Origin: Octopus vulgaris
Lineage: Eukaryota
Direction of reading: 5' to 3'
Length of the DNA stretch: 64,000 nucleotides
Assembly: GCA_951406725.2 (NCBI GenBank)
Contig: OX597814.1
Span: 85,064,001-85,128,000 of the forward strand
Shown piece by piece: positions 26,831-41,802 of this stretch (positions are counted from its first letter, which is position 1; each line of letters opens with the position of its first letter). Both the position numbers and the translations under genes were made by a program. The notes beneath the pieces are model-generated. The model worked only from the letters and a program-made list of their open reading frames with translations, was not told where the DNA came from and ran no database searches.

Positions 26831-27508
26831 GAAGCACTGATAGACACAAGCTGGAGATTTGATCACCTCTGCTTGGGTTGCCTGAGTGATAAAATGTGAT
26901 CTTTGAAAGGTCCAAAATACCCAATGACCTTAGGAAATATCACTGACGATGTGTCCAGGATGCATCACAAGATGATGTATGGAAACAACATATTACTTGC
27001 TTTTCTTTGTTTATTCAATTGTTTTGTATTAATCATGCATTACGTCATGGCTTTGAGATTTTGATGATGTGATTGTTTATTTTAGAATGACATTGTAGGG
27101 TAGGTGTGAGAGGCCAAACCTAGCCAGTTTGAACATAAACCAGATAGAATATATTAGCCAGATAGGACCAGTTTAAATGCTAAAGGGTTAAATCTTGGAA
27201 CATATTACTATTCAATTCTGGATTAACCATCAACAGATTTAATCTTATTGCCACAAAAAGTTTCTTTAAAATGTCTTGTGTTACTCTCAGTATTGACCAA
27301 TGAAGTTCTTCTAATCTAGTCAAAATTACAATACATCAGCAAGGCACAAACTATGCATGGCCTAGGCTTAATTTTATCTCAGGAAGATGAATTACACTTA
27401 TATAAAATATTATTTTAAATAGATTTTATTGTGGATACACAGTAATATAGTAATTACACCAAAGTGCTCATCAATTTTATCCTACTTTAATATTTTTCAT
27501 TACAGTTA

Positions 27509-27725
27509 AGGCAGCAACCTGGCAGAACCTGTTAGTATGTCAGGCAAAAGGTTTCCCAGCATTTGGTCTGTCTTCATGTTCTGAGTTCAAATTCTACCGA
27601 GGTCAACTTTGCCTTTCATCTTTTTGGGGTTGATAAACTAAATGCCATTTAAACCCTGGGGTCAATGTAATCAACTTACTCTCTTCCCCGAATTTGCTGG
27701 CTTTGTGCCAAAATTTGAAATCAAT
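27509..27725 (+). mobile_element. SINE family B, variant 3' end
   Basis: Same head and core as 26475-26640, ending TTGCTGGCTTTGTGCCAAAATTTGAAA; related copies at 35607-35795(+), 39100-39299(+), 48245-48440(-) and 58703-58908(-). Confidence 0.8.
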
Positions 27726-29159
27726 AGTTTTCATTGTGGTTTAGACATGACTAATGAAAAAGAGAGAAACCAAATCTCATGGATTATCTTCAAACCAGAG
27801 TAACCAGATCAATCGTTTGCAACTGAATAGCATGCCAAATATTTTCAAAGGCCAGGTGGTCGCATTAAACTGGACAACATATTAAGTTTACAACCCAAGA
27901 GCAAATACAGTCCATCTGAGGGGCTCCACCACAGTTTATATCAACCCAATTCCTTTCATGGGGTTTTAGCTGACCTGAGGTTTCAAATACCACGATGAAG
28001 GATTAAGCCCAAATGCACACAATTACAATGTGAAACTTCTGAACTCTACAGTTATTCCTATGCACTCACACCCTTTGTATCAACATACTTTGTTTTATTT
28101 AAATGTAAACATATCTTTACCATTAACACCTTGCTTCCTCATCAAGTAATATATGAAAAGTCTTCCTTCTTACAAGATTAAAACAAGAAATCTCTCTATT
28201 AGCTACATTATAAATATTACATTTATGTAAATCTACTTCAATTAAATGTCATTGACCCACAGCATAAACAGCTTCCTAAAGTTCATAGTTTGTAATTTCC
28301 TATGAACCCACTTGTAAGTATAACACTCTAGCCAATAACTGACAGTTCACAGAATTTAAGCATTTATATCATCTAATAGTTTCAAATGGAATACATTGAT
28401 CTCTTCACTCAGCACATTGAAGCTACATAAAACTAACATCATTTTTTGTAATAATCATCTCTTTTACATGAAGAATGGGGGTTTGTCATGCAAATTCAGG
28501 CTTGGATTGATTCACAATTACACAATTAATCCAATGAAAATAGGAAATTATCAAAGACTTATTTTCAGCTTCAAAACTTGGTTTTAAACACCTACTTATT
28601 TCCACCCACTTTTCAAATGTGTTTTTAACTGCAAAGACCATAAAATATGGATTCTAACCAGGAACTTCTAAGAGGCTATTTGGCCTGCAAGAGAAATAGC
28701 AGCCAAATCTCCCTCAAATCAGACCTACCACCTTTAAAAAAGGGAAGGACACCTTGTATAATTTAGGCCTAGATTGACAATACCATGTTGTCTTAGTTAC
28801 ACAATGTAGTCATAGATATACTAAAAGACAACATGCTCCTGGCTGAAACAACAAGAATTCTTTAAAATAATGCAAAAAAAATAATAATAATAAAATGAAG
28901 TGGTCTATCTATGATGTTGTGTCTTTTAGATGAGCCAGGGCAGTTTTTCCTAACCCTTGAAATACACTCCATGTCTCGAGGAACCCCTATTTAAAAATCA
29001 TTATTTATCATTAGTCTTTTTTTCTTTCTCTTTCATAAAATTAAGTTTCATGAATCAAACAAATCATAAAAGCATCTTTGAACTGTTTGGCAGTGTTAAA
29101 TCCCTCAGTTGCCATAAAGAAGGTTTAAGATATCTTATTTTAACCAAGATTTTGTTTAA

Positions 29160-29610
29160 CTCCTTGGCATTCAGATTATTTTGTCAAATGTAATGCTTAA
29201 CAACATTGTTTTGAATTAATCATGCATAATCTTGAAGCTTCAAGATTTCAATGCTGAGTTTGTATATTTTTAGAATGACATTGTAGGATAGATGTGAGAG
29301 GTTGGAGTAGGTAAGTTTTAACATAAAACAGGTAGAATATTTATTTATTGCCCACAGGGGGCAAACATAGAGGGGACTAACAAGGACAGACAAAGGGATT
29401 AAGTCAATAACATCAACCCCGGTGCGTAACTGGTACTTATTTAATCGACCCTGAAAGGATGAATGGCAAAGTCAACATTGGCAGAATTTGAACTCAGAAT
29501 GTAAAAACAGACAAAATACTGCTGCGCATTTCGCCTGGGGTGATACCGTTTCTGCCAGCTCACCACCTTAAAACAGGTAGAATATTAGAGCTGGATTAAA
29601 TGCTAAAGGG
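29160..29610 (+). mobile_element. piggyBac-type TTAA MITE, family 2, interrupted by SINE B
   Basis: TTAA-CTCCTTGGCATT ... AATGCTAAAGGG-TTAG; partial copies at 15240-15415, 27015-27191 and 45115-45252. Confidence 0.8.
29342..29568 (-). mobile_element. SINE family B, full length
   Basis: Perfect 18-bp TSD TAAAACAGGTAGAATATT (29324-29341 and 29569-29586); reverse complement of 26475-26701. Confidence 0.9.
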
Positions 29611-31493
29611 TTAGACCAAACTCCTATAAAATTCCCAATAAAGAGGTTGTTTTCTTCCCCACAGGGCCACTTTACTAGCTAGGAATGTCAGGATTACCCT
29701 AGCTTAGGAAATATATCATGCATCATCATCATCATCTTTATCACCATATTCTATACTCATAATCTTAACGTCTGTTAAAATTATAAATATAGAATTAAAC
29801 ATGAAAATTACTCCAAAATCCACTTGCATGCAATTAACCTTCCTGTACTTCTTGTTTAATGTCCATTTTTGTATGGATCAGACTGAAGTTATTGAGGGAA
29901 GTGTTCTCCAGGTGAATGCCTTTATTGTCACCAATCTGTATCTGTTTTTAAGCAAGGAAATATTTTCCTATGACTAGATAGGTTTTCACAGAATATTGAA
30001 AGGGAATGCCATTCATTTACAACAATTTCACAATGTCAAGACAAAAAGGCACACACACACATATGTAAATAGATATACACAGAAGCTTTGGTCAGGCAAG
30101 GGCTATAGAAGAAGACAGTTGCCCATGATGTTATGCAGTAGGACTGAATCTGAGACCATGTGATTAGAATGCAAACTTCTTAATGCACCTGTGCATCACT
30201 ATATCTTGTGGAACTCCTAGCAACCACTCATAGAACACTAAGATTCCAGAGGATACTCAGCTTGAAAATGCTGAGCCAGGACCTAATGTTTTCGGAAGGC
30301 ATGATTTATTAAAGAGAAGAAACAAGAAGTGTGTTAAGTTGCTGTTTAACCCTGTGTCAGTCTTGATCCAACAAACCTTATCATCAAAGACATCTCCATT
30401 GTGTCTTTTGTTGCTGTTCTTTGCATGTTTTTTTTTTGTTGCATTTTTTCCCCAAACATGAACTATCTATAACATTGCGTAATGCACCTTTCTTATTCTT
30501 CAAACAGTAGGGCATGATTTAAGGGAGATTTGCAACTATTTTGAGCAGGCTGAGAGATAGCCTATAAAGAATCTCCCTGATTTAGAAGTGCATGCAACAG
30601 GAAATGTCAACAAAGTCTCTACAGAAAAGAGAGAAAGGGATATATGGAGGTGAGGAGAAAAGAGAGATATGAAGCAGTAGGCAGCTACACTTGTGAATGT
30701 CAATATGAATAATCAAAACAAAGATAAGGTAACTAGTTCTCATATTTTGTTTATTCTCTTTTATAATTATTTCTTTGTGATAATGTCAACAAGCTGGTCA
30801 AACAAAACTGAACAAAACTGTCTGTCTGTCTGTTTTTATTTATGTTCGTGTGTGCATTTGTGGTGTGTGTGTATTGTTTGTATGCATTCATGATCTCAAT
30901 GTCTATATGTATATTTATTGTGTGTGAGTGTATTTGTGTTCATGTTCTCTGTTTGCAATTTTCCTTAATATTTGCTGTGTATGAAAGACAGAATATTCAT
31001 AGCATACTCATTACACATACAGTGGTGTTTATACATGAAGTCTCATATATAAATACACATACTGTTTTCTCTATATTTTACATGCCTAATATGATGCAGA
31101 CATCCCCACCCAGCCAATCAATATATAATAATACCCATATAAATGGTATTAATATATATAACCACTCTCTCTCTCTCCTCTCTCTATCATTCTCTCTCCC
31201 CCATTGTAATAATAAACAGTAATATTACAAACGTCTTATGATCATATCTCTGCTCTTTATCTTCTCCAACAGATATATCAATAAACATAGCAGTGCTACG
31301 TTAAGTGCATATGATATCTTTCTCACACCAACATCTAGATATCATAATAAACATAGAAATATTATGAAATTGTGATAAAACAAGAGTTGCAGATTTCGTT
31401 ATTCAATAAATATCAAGGTCTTACTATATGCAATCTAATATGAATTTCGAAATAACAATCTCAAAACATACACGCAGACATGCATGCACACTC

Positions 31494-31494
<1 letters not shown>

Positions 31495-31560
<66 letters not shown>
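31495..31560. repeat. (AC)33 microsatellite
   Basis: Read directly. Confidence 0.95.
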
Positions 31561-31562
<2 letters not shown>

Positions 31563-31782
31563 GAATACAAAGAAAAATCTACCCTCTAGGAAAAATAATT
31601 TTTAACTCAACATCAAATATCATGTGAACCATCTAGAATGAAAACAAAATTATTCTGACAACCAAAATGTTATTTATTTATGTTGGAAAAGTGTTTATCT
31701 TATTTATCAACTCTTTATAAGCTTTCCTGCTGAAAATGAATATTGCTCTCCACATTCTGCCATTAAAATACAACTGAAATAT

Positions 31783-32040
31783 TTAACCCTTCCAAGACAA
31801 TGTTTCTTAATGAAATACAATGCCCATGTGTTTCAGTTATGTTGACAAATAATTAAGAATTTGGTTGACTTAGATATTAAATTTTGGAACCCAATTTAAC
31901 AAAAGCTTTTGCATGAAATTTTGATGGATGGGTTTTGTGCTTTATTATTATAATTATTTGGGTTTTTTTTTTATAATATGAGCACTTTAAAATAAACTAT
32001 TTTGTGTCACAAACCAGAGGCAGAGTCTGGCAAGGGCTAA
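31783..32040 (-). mobile_element. Decayed TTAA MITE, family 1 variant
   Basis: TTAACCCTT ... AAGGGCTAA termini; interior resembles the reverse of 52996-53219. Confidence 0.55.
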
Positions 32041-33422
32041 ACAAATTGCAGAAATGAATTCTTATTCAAAGTAATTCTGAGACATCATTTTATTATACAA
32101 CTGCAAATTATTAAATTTAGATATCTATACACACACACACAGAGTAACTCAAAAACTTTGCCTCCGTGAGGCCCAACACTCAATAACAGTTATTTTGTTT
32201 TCAATTTTGGTCAGAATTGGAGGTGTGGTATGGGACTAGCCGTGTTGTTTCCAGATACCTTCCAAGATGACAAACATTCTGCATTCTCCTACTTCAAAGC
32301 AATTCTCACTCCATCTTCACTCCAAATATAATCAAGCAATGTGATGTATCTCACTATCCATCACAGCAAAATGAAAGTCATCATGCTGATGAAAAAAAAT
32401 CTCATGTGATTGCTCCTCCTGCTAATAATTTTAGTGAAATCTTTTTTATCACATCCAACTGTCTTTGTGTGTGTGTAGGAAGGATACACTAGACAATGGA
32501 GTCCAAGATATACAAAAAATTGAGATAGTTATGGTTGAAATGTTTTTGAAATTTGACAGACAGAAACTATGAAAAACAAAACAAAAATTAAAACAAACAC
32601 ACACACAAAGCATAAACAATTAAGATTTTTTAAAGCATAAATTATGTCATCACCACCAACCGCTATCATTATCTAATGTCTATTCCCCATGGTTGCAAGA
32701 GTGGGCATTCAATAGGATCTTATGAATCAGAGGAGCGTATCATGCTCCAGTGTCTGTTTTGGTATCATTTCTATAGCCTTTCCTAATGCCAACCACTTTA
32801 CAGAGAGAAACAAGTGCTTTTAATGAATTTATTTTTATTTTTTGTGGAACTAACTATTGAGGCCACTTCACAACTTACAAAACTAAAGGATTTAAAGGGG
32901 TTCCTATAACTGAAGGAAAATAAAAGCAAGACAGAGTGTGATGGTTTTGGGCTAGGTGATGAGAGAGGATAAAGTTTGATAACAGGAACAATTTATAGCT
33001 ATGAGAAGGTAATAGCAGAGAGAGATTAATAGAGTAGAACTAATAAGGGAAAGAATATGAAAGGAACAGGGGAAAGAGAAGGGATTACTAGTAACTAGTG
33101 GTAGAGGGAGTGAAAGAGTGGTGAGGTTGATAGATGGGTTGCATAGAGGAGGGTCCAGGGTTATCCTACATTATAAGGGCAAATAAGGGTGAATATGAAC
33201 AGGTGTGAGAACAAGGGAATATCAAAGAAAAAAAATAGATGAGAATATTTAGGATCAAGAGAGACTTGTTGACAGAGTGGCATGGGGCTCATGGGAAGTG
33301 TAAGTCAGAGATATGAAATTGTTGAGGTGGTGCAGAAGCTGTAGGGAGAGGACAATGAAAGAGAAGAGGTCAAGAAGGAGTGATGGATAGCAGTGAGTGA
33401 ATGAGTGAGCAAGCATTACAGG

Positions 33423-33480
33423 TGATGATGACTGAAGTGAATTGATGATGACTGAAGGTAGGATGATGACTGAAGTGAAT
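33423..33480. repeat. Short tandem repeat, three units of GATGATGACTGAAG plus 4-6 nt
   Basis: Read directly, within a purine-rich tract (about 32900-33560). Confidence 0.8.
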
Positions 33481-35084
33481 CGAGAGATAAATGGAGGAAG
33501 GAAAAAGGGCACAGATAGAGCAATAAGGATGGACCAATAGTCTCTCATACATAGGCCAGTGTAAAGAGTGAAATTTTTTAAAGTTTAATATATCTATCTA
33601 TCCATTGTATGTATATGTATGTACTTAGTCATTTAGATTGTAGCCATGCTGGAGCACCACCTTGAAGGGTTTAGTCAAACAAACTGAGCCCAGTACTTTT
33701 TTAAATCGTGGTACTTATTCTATCTGGCTCTTTAGCCAAACTGCCAAACTTTACAGGGATATAAACAAACCAACACCAATCATGAAGCAGTAGGTGGATG
33801 GACACACACACACACACACACATAAAGGGCTTCTTTCGGTTTCCATCTACCAAATCTACTTGCATGGCTTAAGACGAGTGACAACTAGTGTGAAGGAAAT
33901 ACCTCACTAATATTGAACAAATGTAATAAACACATCCATATAACATTTTAAATGATAAGCCAATAAGAGGGCCTTTACATTGGTCATCAGCCTATTAGAA
34001 CTATTCAGATCTCTTTAAAATCACATCCTAAATATCTTGTTTCTGCAATGTAGTTTGGTCTGATCTGAGGCTAAACTACAAGAACTGTTTTATTGAAATC
34101 ATATTTCAATGCTTGGAGTAAAGAGGAAGTAAAAAGGGATATATCAAAAGCAAAGTATAAAGGAAGCTTGAACAAAAGAAAAAGTATAACAACATTAACA
34201 AAGTAACAGTGTAATAACAAAAGGGATGCGATCAGACTTTAAGAGTTAACCATGTTGAATAACTAGAACTGCAATAAAGACTCAAATGCCTGCAGCAGAA
34301 GATTGCAAAAGAAATAATTAATTTCTTTGTTTTGTTTGTGATCAAATAGCAATGATAAAAGCTGAATATTAGTTGATTACTAATTGGTATACTTGTAGGC
34401 AAGAAATAACTACAATACATACAACAACATTACACTTGCTGCCAGCAGAACATAGTGCAAAAAGAGGATCAAAAACATTGCAGTATAGAACTAAGATTTG
34501 GAAAAACAATTTTGAACATTAATATCAATTCAAGGAAGTGTATTTGTTAGACATGACAGCTTCAACAGCAATAACAGTGTCTCACATTGGCACATGCCTG
34601 AAAATGCAAGAGATGTGTTGTGCTTGTTGCTTGATATCCTTCCTGTCACCAACCCTCATTGTTTCCAGGAAAGGTAATACTTCCCCATGGCCAGACATGT
34701 TTTCCACAGAAGACTGGGAATGAACAACATTGCTTGAACGACAATAGTGCTCAATTATAACCATCATGTGATGTCAAAACAACAGTGTGCACACACACAC
34801 ACCATTCACTCACTCATTCATTCATTCATTAATGCATACATGGATATCTACGTACATCATACATGCATATGTATATATACAAAAGGCTTCTTCCAGTTTC
34901 TGTCTACCAAATCCACTAACAAGGTTTTGGTTAGTCCAAGGTTATAACAAAAGACATTGTAGGTGCCACACAGTGGAACTGAACCCGAGATCATATAGCT
35001 AGAATGCAAGCTTCCATACCATGCAGCTACATATTTTGTCAAGACCCCTACCATACTAATGCTCTTACAAAGAAGAAGAAAACT

Positions 35085-35360
35085 AGAGACATTTAACAGA
35101 ACACAGAGAATATTAGACAGGAAAAGATGGACGTCATTTTACTGAAAACATGGGAATCCCTTCAAATAAACATCAGGAACATTTAGCAGTGCATACCAAG
35201 AATGTCTAACAGTGAACATTGCAAACATTTAACAAACACAAGGATGGATGGAAATTTTTAACAGAGAACAACAAGCACATTTAAAACAGAACACTGAAGA
35301 TATTAACAAAAAAAAAGTATGAAGGACACTTAATAGAGAACAACAGAAACATTTAATACA
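35085..35360. repeat. Decayed minisatellite, unit about ACATTTAACAGAGAACAACAG
   Basis: Roughly ten imperfect recurrences of ACATTTAACAG-like cores. Confidence 0.55.
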
Positions 35361-37449
35361 AGAGGATAGTGTTTATCTTGAAAAATTATTCAATTGCAAC
35401 AACTGAAAACAATAATTCAAATATATCAAATAAAACAGATGGCAAACATGTTTAAGGACAACTTGTGTAAGTAACAATTGTAAATATTATTGTTCATTGC
35501 TTCATATAAGTAATGCATTACAAATGTTCTTAGTAGCTGGAGATTGGATATCACATGTAAACAAATGTTCACAATAAATTCATCATGGGTAATTCAACAT
35601 AATAACTGCAAGCTGACAGAACTGATAGTATGTTGGACAAAATACTTAGCAACATTTTTTCCAGCTCTTTACATTCTGAGTTCAAGTCCTGCTGAGGCCA
35701 ATATTACCTTTGATCTTTTGGGGGTCAATAAAATAAAGTATTAGTCAAATACTGGGGTTGATGTACTCAACTCAACCCCTTTCCTTTGAAATTTCCCTGT
35801 AACAGACCAGCATCCTGTTCAGAGAGAATGTTATGATCTCAGTCATTTTATACAACATGAAAACCAGGTAACCAACCTTATGGTTGGTTCAAGGGCCTCA
35901 AGAAAGAAAAAATTCAACATGAATAAGTACATTGCAGGTAAGTACATCATAACATATACATCACCTGTAATTTCATTCCAGAGTAATTACATTTTGAGCC
36001 AATAGATCATAGGTAAAATTCATAGTCATACCAAATACATCATTTGTAAATTCGTTACCATGTTTTGTTGCTTTTTTTTATTATTTGTTACAGAATAAAT
36101 ACAAAACTTAACACTATTTAAAGAGATTCTATTTGCAGAAAACAGAATGAATATGTTGCATTTCATTAACGATAAAACAAAAAACACAAACCACTCATCT
36201 TATGATCCAGAAACTTTTTAAGAATCATGTAGAAGAAACAAGTGAGAAACAAATAAAAACAAAGTAATGACCAAACAATATATTGCAGTTACTATAGCAG
36301 AAACTCCACATTGGAAAAAGAAATATAAAGATAACCCAGTGAGAATTCAATGCATGAAACTTGTGAAATACTGGATTATTTAGGAGATATTGTTCATTAT
36401 TGGTCTTTTTTAGAATAGTTCTTCCTTCCTCCAATCTAAACAGTTACATTTTTTTTTTTTACTCTGTCTTTTTCAACAGTAACTGATTTGTTTTTCATGT
36501 ATATCGTGAGTACATTAGAGACGTTTCCTTTTTTGTCTTTGAATTTCTTTACCATTCTTAATGAAATGTGATGAATTAACTCTGCAGACAAACAGTATGA
36601 CAATGGATTTACTGATAATGTATTTGACATTACCATGAATTCACTAATGATGCATTAGCATACTGACCAATGAAATTACCATGATATAATTGCCAACAAT
36701 AAATCAAATGGCTACTATAAACAGACTATTAGAGAATGGGTCATATGAACCCCAAACCAATTTTATCACTCCGACACACAAAAAAAAAAAAAAATGACAA
36801 GCAACAATAAAACTTACTAATGGATTAATAGCAGAGGAATGGCCACTATGGATTTAATGCATAAGAAGTACAGAAAAAATGATGCATTCAAAATTCAACA
36901 ATACCAGAAACAAACTGAAACTTATAGAAAATGGTGATGACAATCTAAATAAAGAGCTACATTAGTTTTCACTCCTCAAGTCTTACAAAACAGAAAAGGA
37001 ATATGTTTCTATACTACATACATATTTTACAGTAACATTCTACCTAAAAAATCAACACTATGACAATATGCCCATATAAAATTTGGGAGAAAAAATAGCC
37101 TGGATCTAAACATAATACTGAACTTCAAAAGACTAATGGAGGAGGAGTGTTGCTGCTGTTACTACTAGCAGTTGATCTTCTGAACAAAGAATTTAGTCTT
37201 CCCCTAACCTTTTTTAAAGTTGTAGATACTGTCAGTTGCATCTCCTGACAGAGAAGACTTTAAAGGATACAAGGTTTTCAGTGGTTGATTTACATCTAAC
37301 AAACTGATTTGGCAAAAGAGACCAACAAAATAAGCACCAAGCTTAAGAAACAAGTGCTAGAATTGATTTGTTCAACTAAATCTTTGGAGGTGGTGCCCCA
37401 GTATGACCACAGACCAATGAATGAAATAAGCAAAAGATATAAGAAAAGA

Positions 37450-39905
37450 TAATGTAAATTACAAAAGCTAGACCTAACAAGTTCAAAGCAAAAACAAAAA
37501 GTAAATAAATCGCAACCATAAAACTACAGAATACTGATACAAAAACTGAAATAGAACACAAAATAAATAAAAGAAAATATAAGGAAGATTCAAGAATAGG
37601 AATTTCTAAAATGGAACTTATGACCATGAAAATCTAAAGCTAGAAATAATTCAAGAGTTACAAACAACAGAAAAGCTTCCTGTGGACCAACAACAACACT
37701 TCCCAAGGATATAATTCAACGATATAACAACAACAACAAATGCAAAACTGACAATCACAGACTTAATGAAAAGAAACACAAACATTAATATCACCTGATT
37801 AAATGAAATAATATACATAGCAGCCAGTTTAGCTACAAAGAGGATCTGAAGATCCTTCCTCATATCTATTCAATATAAGTAATTGAAAACCCACACAAAC
37901 AATAAGGAAAACAAGTATAGAGGAAAAGAGATAAAATAAGAGAAAAGATTTTGTAATCCTTAAGGAAGTCAATAATGAAATGACACAATGAGAGAAAAGG
38001 AAGGAGAAACTAATATTACAGAAATATAACAAAATGTAAATATCTGAAATTAAAGAATGCCTGAAACAAGAGGTCCTTGCTAAATCATAAAGAATCTGTT
38101 GGGATGAAAAAGTAACAAAGATTTTTTTGAACAAAACAATCAATTAGATTCCAACCCAGAATGATATCAGAGCTAAATAAAAATACAATAGAAATCAATG
38201 GAGCACCAACAGCAAGAGAATTAGAGAAATTCTAAGGAGGAGTATTAGCAGGGAATAATTCATTATGACGAGTTTGTTCAAAACAATATACACAGTATCT
38301 GAACAAATATGGGAAGCTATAACAAGACAAGAAATAGCCTAGATGCTGGGGTGGAGGGAGACAAAAACTAGAAGGCACCAGCACATGATAAGATCCCAAA
38401 CTTCTAGTTAAAATATTTGAGATTCATAAGGCATTAGTAAAGATGATTAATAAAACACTGATGAGGCCAAAAACAACATTTGACTGGTTCACTGAGGAGA
38501 AAACTATCTTAATTACAAAGATCTTGCTATTGTGAGAGCTTACAAATCTTTAACTGCAATGTCAGAGAATAAATAAACATCCAGTATCACTAACAACAAT
38601 AATATCATGCTAGATTAGATAAGAAAAAAAAATTGAGAGAATTAGACAAAACATAGAAAGATACTTAGGAATCAATGAATTTGACAGAGTATAACAAACA
38701 CAAATGAAAATAAATGATTAAGAAGAGATACTATAGATGCATTAGCTGAATACTTAAAACACAACTCCTTTATTCTCACCACCTCCAAAAATAACAACAA
38801 AATTGCAGCAAAGCTACGTGAAAATATTTTTTCATTGTCAATATAAACAGGGTGTTATCTGCATAATTAAAACAGGGAGATGTGACATGTGCATTGTGAT
38901 TTTATTCTACACTTCCATTTTGCAAATCCAGTGTGCACATTGCATGTTCATACTTCTTTTTCCAGTTCCCATTCAAAACTGTTTACTGATCACAACAATC
39001 TCATGGACCTGTGGTCATGAGGAGCACTTTGCACTCTGATGGTTGTGAGAAAAAAAGGAGTGGGTGGAAATAAGGCACCAATATTCTAAGATCCCTAGTG
39101 GTGAGCTGCCAGAATCGTTAGCACACCAAGCAAAATTTTTCCAGAATTTCATTGATCTTTATGTTCTGCCAAAGCTGACTTTACCTTTCATCCTTTCAGG
39201 GTCAGTAAAATAAGTACCAGTTGAGCACTGGGGCTGATGTAATCGACTTGCTCCCTTCCCTGAAATTGCTGGCCTTGAGCCAAAATTTGAAACCAATATT
39301 CTGGTATCGCAGGAAGAAGATATAGTTTTAAACTAGTTAAACTAGGCAAAGAAACAAGAAAAATTATGATTCCATTTAGAAAACACCATCCCAAATTTGA
39401 TGTTGCAAGATTATATTTACCACAAATACAAGAAGAATGGAGGGGGGTTCTTATGTAAATGGAAAGTTATTATAAGATATTCATTATATGGCTACAAAAA
39501 ATCTCATAAAAAATACTGGTAAATTAATAGAAAGAACTACAAAACAAAAACTTGTTTTCTGTCTTCAAGGAAGCCAACAGTTGAAGTGACAGAACTTTAT
39601 GATAAGAGAAAAGAAACAACAGAAATTGTGTGAAAACTAAGAACTGAACTAAAAAGAATAAAATGAAAACCAGGATAGAAATAGACAAAGAATATTTGTA
39701 ATGCAGAACAGAATTAAAACATTCCAAATAGAAATCCCCCAAAGCCTTACAATGAAGTAGAATATATTAAGTGACTCCAGATTATGTGGAGCTGGAGAAG
39801 GAATTATTAATTACATTGTCTCTAGCTGTCAAGTCTTAAACCAATGTGTGACAGAGTTAGGGGCTTTTACATAAAAAGAGCAATACCAAGATTATAAAAT
39901 ACCAA
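37450..39905 (+). mobile_element. R4/Dong-like (RLE-type) non-LTR retrotransposon, highly decayed and fragmented
   Basis: Patches translate to N*KAPAHDKIPNF*LK and DWFTEEKTILITK (RT N-terminal motifs, about 38365-38520), YLGINE (about 38662), HHPKFDVARLYLP (about 39384) and RLCGAGEGIINYIVSSCQVL (zinc-knuckle remnant, about 39779). A-rich sense strand. Confidence 0.75.
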
Positions 39906-39911
39906 TATACA

Positions 39912-40200
39912 TAGGTGCAGGCATGGCTGTGTGGTTAAGCAGTTCACTTTGAAATTACACAGCTTCACGTTTAGTCCCACTCCACATTAACTTGAACAAG
40001 AGTCTTCTAATATAGCCCCAGGCCAACCACTGCCTTGTGAGTGAATTTGGGAGACAGAAACTGAGTGGAAGCCTTCCTCTCTGTGTGTGTGTGTGTGTGT
40101 GCGTGCACGCGCGTGTTTTCTCCTCACCCATCATTGCTTGACAACCAGTATTGCTTTGTTTATATCTCTGTAACATAGTAGTTCAGCAAAAGAGAACAAT
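39912..40200 (+). mobile_element. SINE family A (A1), 3'-truncated
   Basis: AGGTGCAGGCATGGCTGTGTGG head; aligns to 321-575. Confidence 0.8.
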
Positions 40201-41251
40201 ATTGGAACAGTGACACCAACACTGATGATTTCTAACACTGACACAAATGACCACAAACTTTGAAGCAGAGTTGTAGTTAATTATATAAACTGAGTACTTG
40301 ACTAGTATTTACTTTAACTATTCAGGAAAATACACAAAATCAACTTTGGTAGGAATTGAAATCAAAATGCAAAGAGGTTTAACTAAATACCAAAATGTTT
40401 TTTATCCAATGCTCGGCTGGTCTTGAAATGCTATTAGAGTTGATTACTGAGGGATGGTTGGAATATAGATGATAAGAATCAATGGCAATTTTTGAGGCTT
40501 AAACTGTGTTTATATAAATCTGTTTTATTGTTTTGATTCAGTTAGCTGATTATTCAAAATCAATTGCATCCAATGGCACTAACAATTGCAAAACAAAAGA
40601 AAAAAAGATTAATTTGATTGTTTTTAACAAGTTTTTACAGCTTTATTGTAGTAAGACATACAATCTCAACAACATACTCTGTTGCTATCAACATTATCAT
40701 CATAATCATCTCTTGCAATATTCATTTTTTTTTTCTCTCTTTTTACATTTGTTAGACTGTTTCATTTTGTTTCTATTACTGCTAAGTTCAAAACATAGGG
40801 GTGACACTCATAATGTTTGCACACTGGTGAGGTTTATGTGGCTGATGTTCAACTCAAGCTTTAACAACTATAGGTTGGTATGAGTAGTAAGGAAACCATG
40901 GGTATAATAGTGGGAGTAACAATGAAATAATTGCAGTTGATGAGAGGAAAGGGGAAACATTTGGTAAAGAGCTTAGTGCAGATGAGACATAGTAAGAATG
41001 ACAATAGGGGAAGTAGTTGCATTAGATTCGCTTTGGCAGAGGTGATAAGTAGATTGCTAGTTCAGAGAAGCAGGGGCCATAGTAGTAGCAGTAAAATTGA
41101 CAAACAGAAAGCACAGCATATCTGTAGTATATTGGTTGTAGCATATGTGAAAAGTGAATATTTCCCAATAGCCAAATTGCTTTTTTTTTTGTGTATATAA
41201 GTTGCAACTAGTAGTTATTTTGCCTATCGCATAGATGTGTAGTAATGTTAT

Positions 41252-41802
41252 TATCTTTTATCTTTTAATTGTTTCAGTCATTTGATTGTGGCCATGTTAC
41301 AGCACTGCTTTCAAAGATTTAGTCAAATAGGTCAACCCAATGTATATTTTTAAGCCCTGATACTTATTTTATCAGTCTATTTTGCTGAAATACTAGGATT
41401 ACAGGGACGCTAACAAATCAACAAAGACTGTTGAATGGAGGTGGGGGGTAATAGACAAACACAGACACACACACACACACACTTTCTCACAATCACACAT
41501 ACACAATAAGCTTCGTTTAGCTTCCATTTACCAAATCAATTTTAAATCAAAGCTTTCCGTCAAAATTTCATGTTAATTTATACCCTAAACATCAACTTAA
41601 ATAATTGCGAAGTTGTTTTACAAAATTTCATTATTTTCAAAATTAACTGAAGCAAAGACAGCATACTTCAATATTCAAATTCACTCACAAGACTTTGGTT
41701 AACCCAGTGCTATAGTAGAAGACATTTGCCCAAGGTGGCATGCTGTAAGTCTGAACCCACAACTATATGGTTGGGAAGAAAACTTCTCAACTATACAGCC
41801 AT
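41252..41802 (-). mobile_element. SINE family A (A1) containing a terminus-less MITE fragment
   Basis: SINE sequence breaks at ACCAAAT (about 41537) and resumes at CAAATTCACTCAC (about 41677). Confidence 0.8.

Noticed and set aside
33423-33480. C/D-box-like TGATGA and CTGA motifs
   Set aside because: The boxes abut within a tandem repeat; there is no guide region or terminal stem.
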